From positions 10,788,001-10,852,000 of the forward strand of contig JBHGNT010000011.1 in assembly GCA_043228905.1 (NCBI GenBank): DNA of 64,000 bases. Direction: 5' to 3'. The first letter of the stretch is position 1. The number at the start of each line of letters is the position of its first letter. Both the position numbers and the translations under genes were made by a program. Under the pieces are notes generated by a model. The model was not told the DNA's origin and ran no database searches. It worked only from the letters and a program-made list of their open reading frames with translations. Positions 58,100-64,000 of the stretch are shown in pieces. The DNA is from Azolla caroliniana (lineage: Eukaryota > Plantae > Polypodiophyta).

Positions 58100-59410
58100 C
58101 ATCATTAAAAAAGGACTAAGCACTTTTCCCATGACACAAAATTGAGATCTTCAAATTTTCTAGAAACCAATGTCATTTATAGTAACATGGAAAGTAAATT
58201 AGAATTATCAATTCCTGAAATGAATTCAAATGGGATACAACCACTAAAATCAATAAGCAAAGGATTAGCTAATGCTACAAATTGTGAAAGGTTTTGAACA
58301 CACTGTCTACATATATACATACATGTTTGAGTTTCAACACCTGGTTCCTATATTTGATTTCAACACTTACAAAGAGGAGAGTTTTATTGCACCACGTCAG
58401 TTACAATTGTCTACCAATTTGTTACTTGTATAGATGCATTACTGTAGAATAGATAGATTATTGGACACAAGCATACATAAACTAGATCAACTAAAAATTA
58501 AATCTCCCTTGTCATTTGGTATTATCATACAACTTGTACCACGAGAAGAATCTTCTTCAGATATTAGAAGCCATTAAAACAAAACAATATTAGAACTTGG
58601 CATTCGAATACAACAAAATGGGAGGTATACTTAATCATCAAAAATAAAAGAAAGAAACATATTCACTAACCTGCTTTTATTTTCTTCTTCTTCTTGTTTT
58701 TCTTGTTCTTCTAGTGCTTCATCTTCTTCTTCTTCTAGTGCTTCTTCTTCTTCTTCTTCTTCTTCTTCTATTCTGTATGTCTGTCTTTCTTCCTTCTATT
58801 TTACTAAAGTTGTTCTTTTCTTTTGCTTTCTTCTAGGGTTTTAATTACATTTTTTATAAATACGTACTATACCTATTTTTTTAAAGGTACGTGAAATACC
58901 GCATTAGACGAATGTATATGACATTTGACTGAACAACTTTGATGTATGGTACGTACTATACAAATAATAAGGTATTATACGTATTGATACGTTAAATACG
59001 CGTACGTAAACAACGCTGGTCAGTACTTCTGTCAGTCCTCTTATGGACTTGTATAAAAGTGCTCAGAGAGCACATTGTATGTATAGAGTGTTATAATTTT
59101 GAATTGAGTTTATTCTATTCTGCTCTCTCTATCTCTCCCGTCTGTGTATTGTAAGCTTCCATTAAACCTGTGTTTATTCTCTGTTGTTATTCGGTGTAAC
59201 CGGTTTTGTCAAAGCTTCTGCATATTAACTTTCACATGGTATCAGAGGGCGAGGGTTGAGAAACACCGCTGCCGACAAGCGATTTCTAAAGACAAACCAT
59301 AACTTCTGAAAAAGCACAGACCGAAAAGAAGGAAGATATGGACAAGAGCATGGCGCGCTCGCTTCCAACAGAAAAGCTCGACCAAAGCAACTATGTGTCT
59401 TGGTCGTATA

Positions 59411-60423
59411 TGTAAAGAATCGAGAGAGATTTAGTGCAGTGGAAGATGACTATATGTGTGTGTGTCTATGCACGTAAGACACACACACACACAGATCGAA
59501 CACGAAAAAGTATATTACTTACAACACAACTAAGTTACAAAGGGTTGGTTTAAATACCAACTAGCTAGGGCAAGTGCCCTTTCAACTATTTACAAAACTA
59601 GCCTGGTGTGTCCATGAGCTAGTGTGAAACCTATCTCTATGGGGAGTTGAGTTCGACTCTCAACACGCCCCTTTGAACACAACTTCCATCTGTCGAAAAG
59701 TTGTTTTGGTTCGGTCTTCAGAGTACTTCGATTTGAATGAATCAGCTTCCGGCAGTCGTAATCCTACTCATCTGAACTTTGTTCGACTTTTTGGCTTCAT
59801 GCTCCTTGTTCGGCTCAACTGCTATTGCTTGTTGTACTCCCCCTCAAGCTTGGCAATGTGGATATCATGAGACCAAGGTCAGATGTGAATTGCCCAAGCT
59901 TGTCGACGCCTAAGGCCTTCGTAAAGATATCAGCAACTTGAAGGTGCGTATTGATGTGTTGTAGATCGATTTCGCCGTCCTAAACGCACTCACGAATGAA
60001 GTGGTAGTGCACTTTGATGTGTTTAGTCCGCGCATGAAATATGGGTTTGCGAGCCAGGTAGATACTGCTCATGTTGTCACAGTATAAGGAAATCAGATCT
60101 TTGATGGGTACGCCCAAATCCTTTAGTACGCGCTTTAGCCATACTGATTCGCATGCAGTGACTGTCGCGCCCCTGTATTTAGCCTCCGTGCTCGACAATG
60201 CGACTGTTGGTTGCTTCTTGCTGCTCCACGAGATCGCTCCGCTGCCAAGGGAGAAGACGAATCCGGACGTCAATCGTCAATCGTCCTTATATCCAGCCCA
60301 GTCCGCATTTGTGTACCCTTCGAGTTGAATAAGCGTATTCAACTTGTACATAATGTTGTAATCCATCGTACCACTGACATACCGAAGTATCCTCTTAGCG
60401 CAATCGAGATGGAGATTTCATGT
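59411..60423 (-). mobile_element. Ty1/copia 3' end (LTR 59411-59665, PPT, RNase H) inserted in the gag of the 52063 element
   Basis: tgtaaag...ctcaaca followed by cgcccct (PPT on the minus strand); TSGFVFSLGSGAISWSSKKQPTVALSSTEAKY and HARTKHIKVHYHFIRE. Confidence 0.85.
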
Positions 60424-63400
60424 TGTAAAAAGTAACGTGCGGAAGCAAGTATGAAGACCGAACAGAAGGAAGAAAACTCAGGTTTAATGGAGAGCTTGAG
60501 CTTACGCAGTATACGCGGGAGAGACAGAGAGAGTGAGAGAAAACACAAGAACTATATTCAACAAAAAATCTTGATTCACTACTCTATACATATGTGTGTT
60601 CCATGAACACTTTTATACAAGTCCTCGAAGGACTTACCGAAGTACTGATCGTACTTCAATGCTCTTTAAGAGTTCCTACACTAACTCCCAAATATATTCC
60701 TCACGGAATATCTTTCCTAATGGCCTCCCGGTTTACAAACTCGGCCTAACCGATCGGTCCCAACCGATCCGGTCCTCGGCTTCTTTAGCTGATCCGGCCG
60801 ATGTTGAGCTTGTCTCTCTACACTCCCCCTCAAGCTCAACTCGAGGCTCTTCGGGATCCTTGGGCTCACAGCTCCGGTTCCTCTTGGCTTCACGCCTCAC
60901 TCGCGCTCCTCGACCTGTTCGACTCCGCGCGCTTCGACTCTTCTGGTCGGCTTGTCTGCTCATGTGGCCCTTATCAACTCTTCTGTTGTTGCGGTGTTGA
61001 CGCTTCTCCTTCTGCCTTTTCTTCCGCTTGGGCCTTGGTTGATTCAGCGTATCTGAATCAAACATCCGAACCGACTCGGCTACCTCCGATCGGTTTTTGC
61101 TCTCATCCGAGTTGGCTGTCTCCAACTCGTCTTCGGTCTTCTCGCCCTTGGTGGCGTCATCTTCCCCATGCGTGGTTGGCTTCGGCTCTCTCCTTCGGCT
61201 GCTCCCCTTCTGTCTGCTTTCGGACTTTTCCGCGGGTTCGCCCTCGGCTTCTTCAGCCGATCCGAAGTCGAACTCGACAACCGAGTTAACAACCGAGTCA
61301 ACCGACTCGGTGTCGCGGCCTCCGCTCCTTTCCTGCTGCTTTGCTTGGTCGTTCGGGACTGTTCTCCCCCTCAAGTTTGGCACGTTGAGGTGATGCAATC
61401 CGAGCGCACCGGAGAATTTCTGCAACTTGTCTAGACCAAGGGGCTTTGTGAAGATGTCGGCAGTCTGCTGATCCGTCGGCACGTACTGAAGTTCGACTTC
61501 ACCGGAAAGGACATGCTCATGGACGAAATGGTAGTGCACCTTAATGTGCTTGTTCCGAGTGTGGAAGACGGGGTTCTTCGCGAGTTGGATGCTGCTGAGG
61601 TTGTCGCAGTAGATCGTCGTTGGATCGGACACCTCCTCTTGTAGGTCCTTAAGTAGCCGCTTCAACCATATGGCTTCGCATGTCGCGACAGCCGCTCCTC
61701 GGTACTCAGCTTCGGTGCTCGACAGTGCAACTGTCGGCTGCTTCTTACTGCTCCACGCGATGGCGGCACTCCCGAGGGAGAACATGTATCTAGACGTGGA
61801 TCGGCGATCGGCAGCGTTGCCAGCCCAATCAACATCGGTGTAGCCGACTAACTGCGCGGCTGCACCGGTCCGATATAGCAGTCCTCGGTCCTTAGTGCCA
61901 TTGACATACCAAAGTATGCGTCGTGCACACTAAAGGTGCTCCTCGGTAGGTCGCGCCATGAACTGACTGATCACTCCGACCGGATAACTGAGGTCGGGTC
62001 GGGTGATGGTCAAGTATATGAGGCTTCCGACAATTTGTCGGAACCTCGTCGGGTCGCATACCTTTCCCGTATCGGGACGAAGCTTGACGGTTCTGTCCAG
62101 AGGAGTCGAGACGGACTTACAGTCGGGCATCCCGAATTTGAAGAGCATACTCAGCACGTAATGGCGTTGGCTGATCAATATGCCTTCGGGGGTACGGATC
62201 ACTTCGATCCCGAGGAAGTAATGAAGGTCCCCGAGATCCTTCATGTCGAACGATGCCGCAAGTTGTAGCTTCACGCGGTCGATTTCACCTAGGTCGACGC
62301 CGGTGATGACCAAGTCATCAACATATAGTAAAATACTAACCGGTCCGAGTCAACCTTTCCGGATGAACAGGGAAGAGTCCGATTTTGTCGTGACGAAGCC
62401 CATCCGACGCAGTTGTTGCGTGATCTTCGCGTTCTAGGCACGCGGGGCTTGCTTCAGTCCGTAAAGGGACTTCTTCAGTCGGCATATTGCCGAGGAGTTC
62501 GTTCTGGAGTGAAATCCGGGGGGCTGTACCATGTACACTTGTTCCTCAAGGTCACCTTGTAGGAACTCATTCTTTACATCCATCTGATGTAACTGCCACC
62601 CCTTCGCCGCAGCTACTGCGAGCAAAACACGGACGGTTGTCATTTTCGCGACCGGTGCAAACGTCTCATCGTAGTCGATGCCGTGTTTCTGCGCGTAGCC
62701 CTTTGCCACTAGCCGAGCCTTGCACCGGTTGACGGAGCCATCGGTGTTGTACTTGATCTTGTACACCCACCTACACCCGATCAGTTTTACCCCTGTTGGT
62801 GCGTCAACCAGGTCCCAGGTCTCGTTCTCCGCCAATGCGTGCATCTCTTCCTCCATCGTGGCACGCCAATTCGCGTCTTTAGCCGCTTCTGCATAGCTCT
62901 CCGGCTCACGCACTTCCGCTACACGGGTCATGTACGCATAATGATGCGCCATGTACTCGTTGTATCCAAACCGCAAAACAGGATTCTTCTGGCGGGTAGA
63001 TCGGCGTAATCTCACATTAGCCGAAATCGAGGCCTTCTCGGTCGACGCGAACTTCACCTTTAAAGACCCGTCACCGGTTCCTTCGGAGTCGGACTCGCGT
63101 CGGTCTAACTCGTTCCTATCCGGGCCTGAATCCGACACCTTCTTCTTCCCTTTCTCTTTGCGCGTAAGCCGTCTCCTCGGCTTCCTGCGCGGGGAATGCA
63201 CGGTCGAGTCTCCACTACTGGCCGGCTCTTCATCGGACTGGTCGTACCGACTCAGTCATCCAATCGGTCCACTTAAACGGAGTGAAATCGGACTCTCTTC
63301 GCGGGTCTCGATTTCGGGCTCATCCGGAGGCATCTCGGCCTCGCTGACCTCATCATGAGCGCTCAGATTGGAGTCGGGGGCTGGTACCAGGACGCGGACT

Positions 63401-64000
63401 CGTCAAACACAACGTCGCGGCTAACACGCGCTTGTTTGGTGCGAGGGTTATAGCACTTATAACCCTTCTGCTCGTCCGAGTAACCAACCAAGATGCATTT
63501 CTCGGCCTTTGCATCTAGCTTCCTCCTTTTCTCCTTTGGTACATGCACATACGCAATGCTACCGAACACCCTCAAGTGTCGCAATTTTGGCTTCGTTCCG
63601 AAATACAGCTCATGCGCCGACACTTTGTCTCCGATCCGGTTCTGGATGTATATTGCGGTCCTTACCGCCTCGGCCCAGTAGAACTTGGGCAAGCTCTTCT
63701 CCTCCAGCATTGCCCGTGCCGCTTCCACAACTGACCGATTCTTCCTCTCAGCCACGCCGTTCTGCTCCGGCGTGTATCTACAACTGAATTCGCACCGAAT
63801 TCCCATTTGTTGTAGATAACCGTTGAATTGACCGGAAAAGTACTCTTTCCCGCCATCCGACCGCAGGCACTTGATCTTTCGTCCTGTTTCTGTTTCCACG
63901 AACCCTTTGAGGTCTCGGAAACAGTCGAAGACTTCGCTCTTCCTCTCAATGAGGTAGATCCATGTGTGCCGCGTGTGGTCGTCGATGAAGGAGACGAAAT
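60424..64000 (-). mobile_element. Ty1/copia (3' LTR 60424-60822, PPT, extended pol, RNase H, RT, integrase), running off the window end
   Basis: [40 protein letters not shown] and SSKKQPTVALSSTEAEY; the LTR is related to 52063-59236. Confidence 0.92.

Larger units (their letters stand above)
52255..59018 (-). mobile_element. hAT DNA transposon (6764 bp) with 8-bp TSD GTCAGTAC, carrying host gene fragments
   Basis: TSD at 52247-52254 and 59019-59026. Imperfect TIRs CATGGTTGTTAGGTACG and CAGCGTTGTTTACGTACG; TACG-rich subterminal repeats. Removing it restores a contiguous LTR. Confidence 0.92.
52063..59410 (+). mobile_element. Ty1/copia 5' LTR (52063-59236, split by the hAT), PBS and start of gag
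   Basis: tgttgtgcggacaagctcaac...tttcaca followed by PBS tggtatcagag at 59237. Gag start MDKSMARSLPTEKLDQSNYVSWSY is interrupted at 59411. Confidence 0.85.

Overview
This is land-plant nuclear DNA, not prokaryotic. It has GT-AG introns, microsatellites and nested retrotransposons; the style of the PPR fragment suggests a fern or other seed-free vascular plant, which is inference only. Host genes: the last three exons of a cinnamyl alcohol dehydrogenase (107-1202, +), an intronless ZRF1/DNAJC2 (10807-12816, +), adjacent tRNA-Pro(UGG) and tRNA-Val(CAC), and a type II PI4-kinase gamma (32642-34597, -). Most of the rest is transposon-derived: several Ty1/copia elements (one complete with an ATTGC TSD), a protease-less chromovirus with an AGTAT TSD inside an L1 LINE, a MULE/FAR1 fragment, and a 6.76-kb hAT with an 8-bp TSD. 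Four observations stand out. (1) The hAT has captured the last three exons, with introns, of the ribosome-biogenesis GTPase BMS1 plus an antisense PPR fragment. (2) An intron-spanning 84-aa uORF sits in the PI4Kgamma leader and is invisible to the ORF track. (3) A stem-loop encloses the PPT/U3 junction in four copia copies. (4) A higher-order array of about 24-bp palindromes lies inside an LTR element. All coordinates were read by eye and no database searches were run.
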